A stretch of 64,000 nt of DNA from Alphaproteobacteria bacterium (GTDB taxonomy: Bacteria > Pseudomonadota > Alphaproteobacteria > UBA828), in contig CBDEFM010000002.1 in the NCBI GenBank assembly GCA_965237415.1, forward strand, positions 800,001 through 864,000, in the 5' to 3' direction. The stretch's first letter is position 1; the number at the start of each line of letters is the position of its first letter. Below, in pieces: positions 54,114 to 64,000 of the stretch. Below the pieces are notes generated by a model. That model had not been told where the DNA came from. It was given only the letters and a program-made list of their open reading frames with translations, and did no database searches. A program made the translations under genes and the position numbers.

Positions 54114-55718
54114 GTGGCTTGGGGGCAAGAGCAGGCGCAGAGGCGCATCAGAAAGCTGATCGGGGAAGCCCCGACGATCGACGTACATCGGTTTTCTGAG
54201 GAGTACATGCCGCTTTACGAAGTGCGCGCGGCCCAGCTGACGGCTGCTGGGGAGCGTATAGCACCACCGCTGTTTGACCTCACGAAGGGTTCGGCGGTGT
54301 TAGTCGACACAGTCCAGATATACATCGCCATTACCAACTACGACGAGTATCGCATCGAAGAGGACTCAGAAACCGAGACGTCGCATGAGCGGGCCCTCCG
54401 GTTCCTGCATCTTTACTATAGTGCTTGCGACCGCGTAGCTGAAGTGACTCCTGCACAGCGGGTCGATTTCCATGGTAGCCGGATGCACGCTGTTGTAATC
54501 GATCGGTCCGGTGCCGGCATCACACGACACAGTATCGCCGACGCCCTGGCTTTCGTCCGAGATTTTCGAATAGTTGCCGAGCGAGCAAACAGCGAACTCG
54601 CGAGAAGCGCTTTGACAGCGCGATTTCGCGTTGGAATCGACGCGGGAACTTGTGTTGCAATCAATAACGGGACCGGGATAGAGCAGGAACCCATGTTTCT
54701 TGGTAGCGCGGCAAACTATGCCGCCAAGCTGGCAGAGGGCGATCAGCCGGGTATCTTCCCGTCCGATCGCGTGAGGGCCCTCGTGGGCCTGGAGGAGCTG
54801 GGGGTTCTCGAGTTCGCGCACGGTCTCGACGAGGCTTCCATTGATCAGGTCATCGCAAGTCGCGATGAAGGCGGGCGGGCAGCTCTCCCGGCGTTTGCCC
54901 ACACCGCAAGCACCGAATCCATTGTCGAGACCTGGCGGGAGGAGATTGTCAAGGCGGAGGTATTTGATCCTACAATTCCCAAATTCTCGTTTCATCACAA
55001 GGAGCCGCCCCTAAGCGACATCGACTATCGGGATCTATCGCCGAGCAACTCTATTAGGATGCCATTAATTTCAGTGTTTGCCGACCTTTCTGGCTATACC
55101 CAATACGTTGATGAAGCGATCACGAGCGGTCGTATCGGAGAAGCAATCCGGGCTCTGTACGTAATTCGTGAGGAGCTTCAGAATGTCGTGGAGGAGGACT
55201 TTGACGGGCGCAAGGTGCGCTTTATTGGAGATTGTATTCACGCTCTGCTGGCAGAAGGCACGAGATCAGAGACGGACGACCGCAAGAGTGTCATTCAAAG
55301 TTTTGAGTGTGCCGGTGGCCTTCGCTCTTCTTTTTTGATCTGTCAAGAGGAGCTCACCGGCCTCGAGGCGCTCGGCCTCACCATCGGCATTGAGTACGGT
55401 TGGACGCCGGTCTCCCGCATAGGAATTCGTGGCGTAAGGTCCGTCCGACTTGCTTCCAGCGGCGCAACAGCTACCTCCGAGCAAATGCAACGCGACTGCG
55501 GTGACAATGAGGTCAAGTTCGGTCCAAACGCAATGACCCATATCCCTGACGCGTATCATGATCTCACCAATGCCTCTGGCGTGGCAGCCGCTTTGACGTA
55601 TGACGATGTAGTCTTGTGCTTTGCCCCTCAGACCGCTCCAGCAACGACGCGACGCCATGTTCGCGCGCACACACCGGCTGACGGGACGGTGGCCAGGGCA
55701 CACTTCAAGACCATATGA
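54114..55718 (+). CDS. Tandem (two-domain) class III nucleotide cyclase
   Basis: Domain 1: QIYIAITNY, VDFHGSRMH, FRVGIDAG, FLGSAANYAAKL. Domain 2: SVFADLSGYT, VRFIGDCIH, IGIEYG. GTG start with AAAGGAG RBS. Confidence 0.88.
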   Translation: MAWGQEQAQRRIRKLIGEAPTIDVHRFSEEYMPLYEVRAAQLTAAGERIAPPLFDLTKGSAVLVDTVQIYIAITNYDEYRIEEDSETETSHERALRFLHLYYSACDRVAEVTPAQRVDFHGSRMHAVVIDRSGAGITRHSIADALAFVRDFRIVAERANSELARSALTARFRVGIDAGTCVAINNGTGIEQEPMFLGSAANYAAKLAEGDQPGIFPSDRVRALVGLEELGVLEFAHGLDEASIDQVIASRDEGGRAALPAFAHTASTESIVETWREEIVKAEVFDPTIPKFSFHHKEPPLSDIDYRDLSPSNSIRMPLISVFADLSGYTQYVDEAITSGRIGEAIRALYVIREELQNVVEEDFDGRKVRFIGDCIHALLAEGTRSETDDRKSVIQSFECAGGLRSSFLICQEELTGLEALGLTIGIEYGWTPVSRIGIRGVRSVRLASSGATATSEQMQRDCGDNEVKFGPNAMTHIPDAYHDLTNASGVAAALTYDDVVLCFAPQTAPATTRRHVRAHTPADGTVARAHFKTI

Positions 55719-56512
55719 GTTCAATTGACCAGCTCAATAGGGCAGTACCAAGTTGGGCGACAATCGCAAATCGGATTGGAAACTACTTGCACGTTATTGC
55801 CCGCGCACCCATGCCTAGTGGTGCATTCGGCCGGACCTACGGATTGGTCATCAAATCAACCAAAGACGATAAAGCACAGGTCAGTGAAAGCACCGCTCAA
55901 GCACTGCTTCCTAATTGTTGCCTCGAACGCCACATTAATTCGGACGGCACATTCTGCCTGCATCTTGATTCCACTAAACCTATTTTGAATTCTGATAGCG
56001 CCATCATTTGGTGGGTTAGTCTCCGAGATTACCTAAATCATCAGGACTATTCATCCAAACGGCGCAAGTGGCCTATGCATGCCCAACTGAGTCACGGTGA
56101 CGCAGCTCTAGTTCAACTGCGGATGGAAAAACTCGCAGAGCCGTTGGCGTGGAAACAGGAAGTACTTACTTCGATTTTTCGAGGCAAAGGATGGCTTGCA
56201 AATGAGTTGCCGCGTCGAAGCAAAGACAAGTCTAAACTCGTTAATGCACGAGGGCCTTGTCCTAGAGGATGCCGTACCAAACATCACCCCTATACACGTC
56301 AGGCGTGTCAGCGCGTTAAGTGCACTCCAAACTGCAAGAAGCAGCATCGCCAGATCCTTCGGGTAAATTGTCCAAATAGAGCACTAGTGGAAGAGCTTGC
56401 ATTACTTGACAATTTGAGACGTGAATCGGAGGAAAGCGTCGTTGCGGACCTTCGTTCCAAAGGCGTGCAGTGTTGTAGAACTATGGATGACTGTCCATTG
56501 GCCGACAAATAG
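55715..56512 (+). CDS. E2/UBC-like protein with a Cys-rich C-terminal domain
   Basis: LP..C.ERHINSDGTFCL (E2 HxN..G..C catalytic motif), WW..L..YL..Q, C-terminal CPRGC...C..C...C...C...CC.....C. ATGA overlap with the cyclase. Confidence 0.8.
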   Translation: MSSIDQLNRAVPSWATIANRIGNYLHVIARAPMPSGAFGRTYGLVIKSTKDDKAQVSESTAQALLPNCCLERHINSDGTFCLHLDSTKPILNSDSAIIWWVSLRDYLNHQDYSSKRRKWPMHAQLSHGDAALVQLRMEKLAEPLAWKQEVLTSIFRGKGWLANELPRRSKDKSKLVNARGPCPRGCRTKHHPYTRQACQRVKCTPNCKKQHRQILRVNCPNRALVEELALLDNLRRESEESVVADLRSKGVQCCRTMDDCPLADK

Positions 56513-56769
56513 ACCGCGAGTTGGCACTGTCCGCTAGCACTTGCATCATTGGCTACGCGGCCACGTCGACGGAGTCGCCAGGATCGCAATTGGCGTCACG
56601 CCTGACATCACCACCGTCAATCTGTGTAGTTTGCTATTTTCCAAGTATGGACTATTTTAATTTGCCCGCTACACAGCTAGATCAGCGACGTGTCCTGCCG
56701 GGTTAGCGCACTTTGTTCCGGCGTCGCACGACAGTGCTAACGCCAACCTTTATCCAAGCGATTTCTGGC

Positions 56770-57360
56770 GTCGACTAGGGACAGCTCGGTGAACAGATCC
56801 CGCCGACGCTCGAACAGACGCTCCTCGATCTCGTCCTTCACACACCGTGGCGGGAGATCGCCCTCTGCAACAGCCTCACGCTCGTTGCGCAGCCAAGCCA
56901 TCGCTCGATAAAGGTGGTGCAGGCGCAAGCCGGCCCCGCCGAGGATGACGTAGTCGACCATCCACCTCCGCACGAGCAGTCCGAGCCGGAGACGAACAGA
57001 CAGTGGAGCACGCTGATGAACACCGCCCGCTCGACGGCGAACTCGAAGCCGCGCTCACCCAGTGACTGCGTCACCACGCAGCCCGGCACTAGCCGCTCCC
57101 AAGGCCGACCGAACAGCAAAGGCCTGCCGATGCGGGTTCAGACAAGACGGCGCGCCGCCAAGTGGGATAGCTCCATCGCCCGCTCGCAACGACCCGCCGG
57201 CGAGCCAATCACGCGATTGAGCTTGCCGCTGGCGTGCAGCACATCCATGCGGCCGAGCGCACGAATCGTGCGCTGGCGTACCTCCTTGCCCTCGCGGATG
57301 CTGTCCGCGAGGTAGTGGTATCGGTGTCCCCGAGCGCCATTTTCGCGGACAGATATCGAA
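56770..57360 (-). pseudogene. IS1634-family transposase remnant (frameshifted N-terminal part)
   Basis: Fragments in several frames: Y.YL..S.REG..VRQRTI..LGR.D; FEFAVERAVF..VLH.LFVSGSD; LHHLYRAMAWL; KD.IEERLF..RRDLF. Confidence 0.75.
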
Positions 57361-57650
57361 GCGTAGTCCCGATGGCCAAGCCCCAAAACACGCGGACTCC
57401 GCTCGGCATCCCAAGATGCTTCACAATTCTATTTCAAGTAGCGGGAAACCCGACTGCAATATCCCTCGCTTCAACAAATTGGCCAAACTTTCCAACCCTA
57501 AATCCGGAATCCAATGTTGAACTTTGTCTAGACACTCCCGGGGAAAGAATAACCGCGCCTTCCAGTCTTTCAGACTGCCAAATTTACGTACCGCCTCAGT
57601 TCAACCGATGCATCTACGCGGCGCACATGATCTGATTTCCAATTAATTCT

Positions 57651-58346
57651 TTACTTCAATGACCACCAATACGAAGAGCGATATATTCGACGATTATTTT
57701 GCGCGGTCCACTTTCGCTCCTCCCACATATTCTTACCGTTGCTAAACTTCGTATCGTCGTTCATGCTACCGTATACTCTATCTGTAATCCAAGTAGCATA
57801 TGAATCCGACATTGCTGACAACTTCGCGGCATGATTCGCCGCTCTCCCAATCCATACTATATCGTTATTGTTGCGAATGCCTGCTTTTGCAGCCATGACC
57901 TTTGTGCTATCCACCCCCGTTACATGTTTCATCACGTACTTGGTGTTTTCGTAATGCTTCTTTAGCATAGGCTGTATTACGTTCCTTACTGCCCAGTTTA
58001 TCTTTAATGCAGTTCTCACCGCGCTCGTGTTCTTGCTTTCTCCAATGAATATCCCCATTACGCGGTCGCCATCAAACGACCTAACCTCCCCTCCCTCGCT
58101 TCGGATTAGTCTAGTAGCGCACTGAAGGAATGCCTTGTAGTTTTCCGCGGCAAACCAATCCTTATAGTTATCAACAAGCATGGTCGATGCTGACAAATCA
58201 GTATAGAGGATTGTAGCTTGTAAATCGACTGCCTCATTTCCGTGCGATAAGTCGACGTCTTCGGGAACTTTCCTGCCATCTCGGCGTCGCCACTTCTCAA
58301 CATATATGCCGCTCACTTGCTTCTGTAAGTCTGCCTTCAACCCCAT
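57651..58346 (-). CDS. pycC: Pycsar PycC-like pyrimidine (probably uridylate) cyclase
   Basis: R.VP...D...GN.AV.L.ATILYTDL..ST.LVD, RSFDGDRVMGIF.G..KNT.AV..ALKINWAV, GIRNNND.VWIGRAANHAAKLS, IYRS.YWW. Confidence 0.82.
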   Translation of the reverse strand: MGLKADLQKQVSGIYVEKWRRRDGRKVPEDVDLSHGNEAVDLQATILYTDLSASTMLVDNYKDWFAAENYKAFLQCATRLIRSEGGEVRSFDGDRVMGIFIGESKNTSAVRTALKINWAVRNVIQPMLKKHYENTKYVMKHVTGVDSTKVMAAKAGIRNNNDIVWIGRAANHAAKLSAMSDSYATWITDRVYGSMNDDTKFSNGKNMWEERKWTAQNNRRIYRSSYWWSLK

Positions 58347-58439
58347 GATCCGTTTTCCTATTGTAACGCTAGTTTACTGGATCGAACATCCGCCAGCCTC
58401 AGGAACCAAGAAGCGTTCAAGCGCTCTGCATGGACCGTT

Positions 58440-58760
58440 CCGTTGGACGATTCGACAAAGGTATTAACGGTCGAGTTTCGCGGCCATGCGAAGTCCAGGG
58501 TCACACCGTATGTCCAAGCCCAGAGATCGAGTTCCATGCGGATTAACTCGGACCCGCTGTCGGCTCGCGGATGCTTCTGCGCATGTCATGGACTCGGTCG
58601 AATTTCTCCAGCGTCACGACCACATTCGATCCGCGGTAGGTCTCGCATATGTCGATTGCCGGCGACAGGCGGTTGAAGGCATCCACGATCGTCAGGGTGC
58701 GGATGCGCCGGCCGTCGAACAGCTGGTCCGAATTGAAGTCCATCGCATTGACCTCATTCG
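58440..58760 (-). pseudogene. IS3-family integrase-core remnant
   Basis: MDF.SDQLFDGRRIRTLTIVD.F.R.SPAI, with degenerate downstream fragments. Confidence 0.75.
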
Positions 58761-58801
58761 GCGCCGCAGCCGAGCGGCGGCGGGAGGATCACAGTCGCTC
58801 T

Positions 58802-59535
<734 letters not shown>

Positions 59536-60050
59536 TTAGCATCAGACGAACCCAAGGGCTATAGGTTTGGTTGCATCAAGCGACAGAAGAGCATCCGTTC
59601 CATCAGTCTGGGATGTCCTGAGCGGCCAACCGTATCCGGACATATGCAACTGTGTTTCCCTTGCTAGAGATGAGCATCTCGGTCTCCTCTTTCTGGCGTA
59701 TGGATTTCATCATGCACAGCATGAAGAGCACCGCTCCCCCGGCCCTAGGAGCTTTGGGTGGTTCGACTGGCTGGCACACTTGTCGAGCACCGGCCAAGTC
59801 ATCCGCATCGAAGAGCCGCCCAACGACGTGAACATAACCATCGACGATTGCGGGCGCGTCGTCGTCGAGTCGGCGCACGTTGCCAAAGCCGCAGGGAGCG
59901 ACCATGCCGTCCCAGTGCTATAGTGTCGGCCCGACTCACGAGTTCCGTTGTGTTCCATCTCTCAGTGATGGGAAGAGTGTGGGGATGCCCCAAAGGGCAG
60001 AACAAATAATGCAATGGATACAATAGATTATCGGGAGAGACCGATTGCCC

Positions 60051-60386
60051 CTGGCGGAGACCCACGAGCCCGGGGTCTCGGTGCCGATGGAGGCCCAGCG
60101 CTACAACCTCAACGCCAACCAGATATTCAGGTGGCGGCGTCTATTTCGCGAGCCTGAGCGTGCTGGCGGGACCGGCCGGTTCGTGCCGGTGGTGGTCGAG
60201 GCAGCACCAGGCCAGGAGCCGGCCGCGGCCACGATGAGCCCACCATCCGAGAGTGTCGTCGCGGCGGGCCAGCCTGCGACGGGCCGTTTGGAGATCGTGC
60301 TGGCGGGCGATCGCCGTGTGATCGTCGACCGCTCTGTCGACGGGTCGGCGCTGGCGCGTGTGATCGCGGTGCTGGAGCAGCGATGA
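60051..60386 (+). pseudogene. tnpA: Second IS66 tnpA copy, 5'-truncated
   Basis: AETHEPGVSVPM.AQRYN.NANQ.F.WRRLFREP...EIVLAG.RRVIVD closely parallels 352..780. Ends with the ATGA overlap, but tnpB is lost. Confidence 0.85.
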
Positions 60387-60593
60387 TCTCAGTTCTCCTT
60401 GCGTTCCCGGTTCTCCTTGCGTTAAGGTACTCTCGCGTCACCGCGGGGTCGGGTCGGATGTATGAGAGCGGCGTCGCAACTGCTTCGACCCGGTTCACGA
60501 GACGAAGTGTTGCAGCAACAAGTTGTGGGCGATCCAGCGGGAGCAGAACTCGTGAGATTGGATATCTAAATCCTTACGAAAGTAGTCTGTAGA

Positions 60594-61328
60594 GTGTCGG
60601 GAATGAATGGCTTGTTCAGACTCAAGGCTTCTTTCGCGGGGTGTCTAGTCGCTCTGCTACTGGTCGGATGTGCCGACGTACCGGAAGAAGCTGTAACACT
60701 CTCGGTGACCATCGGTAACGATCTCGAGGAAGTTCACCGGTCGCACCGCGAACTTGCCATCCGTTACTTTGAACGAAGCCGCGACGATATCAATCGCTTC
60801 GTAGACGATGTCTACCGCCCGGCCTTCGTGCAGAAGGCATTGACGAATATCACCTATGAGTACGAAGTCGGCGAACCGGAGTTGACCTTCTTGCCAATTC
60901 TACAAACCGAGTTCGCGAGACTGAACGCCGGTGAAGAAGGTGCGGATCCACTGTTCTACATGCATTTCGTCGTGGATGAAGCGGTCAGAACAATCGAGCA
61001 AACACGCCTCGATTTGCTCAAGCCCATTGAGAGTCGCGAGCGAGAGGTCCTAAGAGCCATTGACGATGCCTATAGCAGCGTAATGAACGCACATGCAATC
61101 GTCACCGGCCACCTAGCCTCTGTCCGCCGCGTCCAACAAGCTCAGGACGAACTCGTGGCTGATGCAGGACTTAAGGATATCCGCAGAAAGTTCATCGACA
61201 GGGCGGCGGACATATCGGATCGCGCTTCCGATCTTCTAGCGAAGGCCCGGACCACGTCCTCGACCCTTGATGATCTCGACGAGACAATCGAGAGGGTCCA
61301 GGAAGCGTGGAGTGAGGGGATACAATAG
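60594..61328 (+). CDS. Helical lipoprotein of unknown function
   Basis: Lipobox LLVGC after a hydrophobic stretch; amphipathic/coiled-coil-like body. Confidence 0.75.
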   Translation: MSGMNGLFRLKASFAGCLVALLLVGCADVPEEAVTLSVTIGNDLEEVHRSHRELAIRYFERSRDDINRFVDDVYRPAFVQKALTNITYEYEVGEPELTFLPILQTEFARLNAGEEGADPLFYMHFVVDEAVRTIEQTRLDLLKPIESREREVLRAIDDAYSSVMNAHAIVTGHLASVRRVQQAQDELVADAGLKDIRRKFIDRAADISDRASDLLAKARTTSSTLDDLDETIERVQEAWSEGIQ

Positions 61329-61337
61329 GAGGCCTTA

Positions 61338-61643
61338 ATGTCCAATGCAGAGGATAGGAAGAAGGCGTTTCAACGATCTGTTCGGAAGCGGTTTAAGGAG
61401 ATCGACGAGGAATTGCGTGGTCGGCACAAGAAGCATCTGGACGCGCTTCTGGGAATCAGCCGCGCGGAGATCGACGCGATAACGCCAGACACGACGGACA
61501 TGGATACCTACAACAAGCTGATCGTGGTTGTCACGGAGGCGACCCGCAAGAATGTGGCAATTGCTGATCTGCGTCAGACCATTCGCGAAATGGGGACCGT
61601 GGCCATAGATATTGCCAAGAAAGTTCCCGATCTTATGCGGTGA
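61338..61643 (+). CDS. Small helical hypothetical protein
   Basis: AGGAGG RBS, 9 bp after the lipoprotein stop. Confidence 0.75.
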   Translation: MSNAEDRKKAFQRSVRKRFKEIDEELRGRHKKHLDALLGISRAEIDAITPDTTDMDTYNKLIVVVTEATRKNVAIADLRQTIREMGTVAIDIAKKVPDLMR

Positions 61644-62046
61644 ATCATCTGCGAGCGACGGACTATAAACCGTGAGAGTGCTGATCGCACTTCATGGCTG
61701 CGAGCACAGCGCTGTTGCAAATCGCACTTGCGTGAAATCGCGTCACTACAGCAGAGATAACGGTCCATTTGTAAAGATATAAGTAACTGCTTGAAAGGCG
61801 AGGTCACCCCACTGGTTAAGGCGCCTGTCCAAGCATCGGGATAACGCCAGTTCGATGATATTGAATCACCAGCTGAGTAACGCTGTCAACGGGCTCATCG
61901 GGGAGGCCTCTAGAGCCGAGCAATCAGCAAATTGCTTGGTGTGTGGCATTCTGTTGGCCAATGGCAACACAAGTGACTTGAAATGGTGACGAAGCGACCG
62001 CTACATTCTGCTACAGTCCGCGCCTCGACGCTGAGAACGGTCGCGA

Positions 62047-63168
62047 GTGCGAATGTCACCCACTAAGTTTTTCGGCTCGGACGTCTACACGCACTACACG
62101 GCCACCTACGCATGGAACTCGAACCAGATGGCCCATGCGATGATGGGCCTGGCCGGTACCATGCTGTTTGTGCACGCCGCCCCGCGGCTCGGCCTCGAAG
62201 TCTGGTACGGCGCGCTCTTCTTCGTGATACCGTTCCTTAAGGACACGGCCGATTATTGGGTCGACCGCTCCAACACCGGTGGAGTGTTTGGAGAGACGGC
62301 CGCGCATCGCCGCGAACTGCTCGTCGACGGGGTGACCGATAATTTGTTCTGGAGCGTGGGAATGGTGCTCGCGCTGTTCATGGCCCTGAGCCGCGATGGC
62401 ACGCCCTGGTACCTTTACATCGTCTTTGTCGCCGCGGTACTGCTGATCGTGGCCGCCGTGTGTTGTGTCGGGCGCCTCTTCAACGCCCAGAAGAGACGCT
62501 ACGATTCGTCGGGCCTGCCCTACTATTTCCGCCTACCGTGTTATGACGGCAATCTGGTCGCGGCCTGGGTCATCGATTCGAAGGCTTCGCGTGATGCTAC
62601 TAGCCCGGTTGAGGAGGTCGAACGGTTCGTCTACCGGCACGATTGCCGAGCGCAGCATCTGATACTCGTGGGGCCGCCGCGCTCAAGCAAGACCACCTTG
62701 GCGGCCGCCATCGGCTCGGGCCTGATCGTCAGGGGTCAAACAGTGCGCTATATGTCCAAGATGCAGCTCATCGAAGAATTCAATATCTCGGGCGAACGCA
62801 GCGCTTCTCAGCCCGCCCATCCTTGTGACGCCGGGATTCTCATTACGGACGACCTGGATGAGCCAACCGGACTCGATCCCATTCTCCCCGCTCTTGCGTG
62901 CAAGTCCACCGTCTGGGTAGTCACCAGCCCGCGCTCCGGCAAGGCGGAAGACTGGACAGACTTGTTGGGCAGAGGCCTGCGCGGCCGTTTGGTCGCTGTG
63001 AGACTCGACACGAAATCGTGTCGACACAGGAATAATTGCAGAAGCCCTCGATCGCTCGCGATCGCGCTCTCGAGTGCATCGCTCCTGGTATCGGCGATCG
63101 CTGGCGTCGGTTCGATCATTCTAATTGTGTTACCAATCGATTTGTTTGCCAATCAGCTTCTTCGGTAA
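62047..63168 (+). CDS. Membrane protein with a degenerate P-loop NTPase-like domain
   Basis: N-terminal TM bundle, LILVGPPRSSKTTLA (Walker A-like), ILITDDL (Walker B-like), C-terminal TM. Confidence 0.7.
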   Translation: MRMSPTKFFGSDVYTHYTATYAWNSNQMAHAMMGLAGTMLFVHAAPRLGLEVWYGALFFVIPFLKDTADYWVDRSNTGGVFGETAAHRRELLVDGVTDNLFWSVGMVLALFMALSRDGTPWYLYIVFVAAVLLIVAAVCCVGRLFNAQKRRYDSSGLPYYFRLPCYDGNLVAAWVIDSKASRDATSPVEEVERFVYRHDCRAQHLILVGPPRSSKTTLAAAIGSGLIVRGQTVRYMSKMQLIEEFNISGERSASQPAHPCDAGILITDDLDEPTGLDPILPALACKSTVWVVTSPRSGKAEDWTDLLGRGLRGRLVAVRLDTKSCRHRNNCRSPRSLAIALSSASLLVSAIAGVGSIILIVLPIDLFANQLLR

Positions 63169-63198
63169 GCAGAGGCCACTAGGAAGGGAGTATCTGCA

Positions 63199-64000
63199 AT
63201 GAGTCAAGATTGGGCAGCAATTGTGGCTTCTTTATGTATACTCGCTCTATACTTCGTGACGGCCTTCGCAGTTAGGAGCAGGTGGGATGGCACAGCGCTA
63301 ATTCATCCTCTCAAGGTTACCGCCCATATTAGAGGCCGGGCAAGTTTGTCTCGAACGCAGGTATTTTTCTTCACCTTCATATTCATCTGGATTACAATTT
63401 ATTGGTTATTGAGAGAGGGGGAGTTGGCACCCATCAATGACACGGTCCTGGCTTTGCTGGGAATTGCAGTAGCAGGAGCTGGATTGGGTCGAGTAGCTGA
63501 CACCACTCGATTTCGTGTCAGCGGAGAAAATTGGGCATGGGCAAAGGCAAAGAGATGGATTTCTCAAGACTTTTCCAAAGCTTTACCCCCTGACCCATCC
63601 AACAATACGGTAGGAACCACGCCGAAGCTGAGCGATCTGTTTATGTCTGACCAAGGTTTCGAGGTTGCCAGATTTCAGGCAGTGGCCTTTTCATTGGTCG
63701 TGGGTATCGCCCTCTTATACAATGGCGTAACGGTGGCTCATAGTGCAGACTTCGGCGATTTTTCTGTGGAGGGACACTACCTCACTTTGATTGGCATCAG
63801 CCAGGGAGTTTATGTTGGAGGTAAGTTGACCGGAGGCAATCCGATCGGCGAATTGAATAAGAAGCTGGACCAACTCCGACCACTGGAATTGGCGTTTACG
63901 CAAACTGTGGCAAGGTCCGAACTTTGGCTTCGAGCTGAAGAGGAGCACCGAACCATGAAGCGGGCCCGGGAGGAAATTGCGCCCGACGAGTATTCCGCAT
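63199..64000 (+). CDS. Polytopic membrane protein, runs off the window end
   Basis: Manual translation MSQDWAAIVASLCILALYF...SLSRTQVFFFT...LALLGIAVAG...EVARFQAVAFS...LTLIGISQGVYVGGK. Open to 64000; AGGGAG RBS; absent from the ORF track. Confidence 0.75.
   Translation, partial: MSQDWAAIVASLCILALYFVTAFAVRSRWDGTALIHPLKVTAHIRGRASLSRTQVFFFTFIFIWITIYWLLREGELAPINDTVLALLGIAVAGAGLGRVADTTRFRVSGENWAWAKAKRWISQDFSKALPPDPSNNTVGTTPKLSDLFMSDQGFEVARFQAVAFSLVVGIALLYNGVTVAHSADFGDFSVEGHYLTLIGISQGVYVGGKLTGGNPIGELNKKLDQLRPLELAFTQTVARSELWLRAEEEHRTMKRAREEIAPDEYSA

Noticed and set aside
57651-58346. Calling a complete canonical two-gene Pycsar operon
   Set aside because: No adjacent co-transcribed effector; reported as an orphan cyclase instead.
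59567-60045. Short ORFs between vapBC and the IS66 remnant, including a weak resolvase-like TVAYVRI stretch
   Set aside because: Too short and inconsistent to support any call.

Overview
High-GC bacterial DNA made up almost entirely of one decaying conjugative element (ICE or plasmid) and its cargo. From left to right: (1) a degenerate tRNA-Gly-like sequence and stacked IS elements (truncated IS66 inserted into an IS110, a 144-bp MITE, an intact IS630). (2) A minus-strand transfer operon: type IVb pilus genes pilN/pilO, Dot/Icm-like (MPF-I) icmL/K/E/C/D/B and dotA, ssb, a VirD4/TraG-type coupling protein and an AlpA protein. Several essential genes are missing and there is an apparent deletion-fusion scar. 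(3) A frameshifted FseA-like (DUF6499/DUF2285) activator and excisionase-type HTH genes. (4) A ~4,500-aa modular adhesin/autotransporter preceded by ~60 copies of a GCTCG pentamer that abut a perfect extended -10 box. (5) A head-to-head junction of two 5'-truncated genes (LysR and strawberry-notch helicase), a leading region (ssb, toprim, DUF2493), a candidate oriT and a MOB-F relaxase-helicase. (6) A lower-GC cargo island, which is the best candidate for an undescribed system: a WYL regulator and a cNMP-binding/4-TM effector, transcribed divergently from a tandem class III nucleotide cyclase (one half carrying the metal Asp pair, the other the Asn/Lys pair) coupled to a Cys-rich E2-like protein with no E1 or JAB. 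An orphan PycC-type cyclase, a vapBC pair, IS remnants and uncharacterised membrane genes follow. All family calls come from recognising motifs by eye; no database searches were run.
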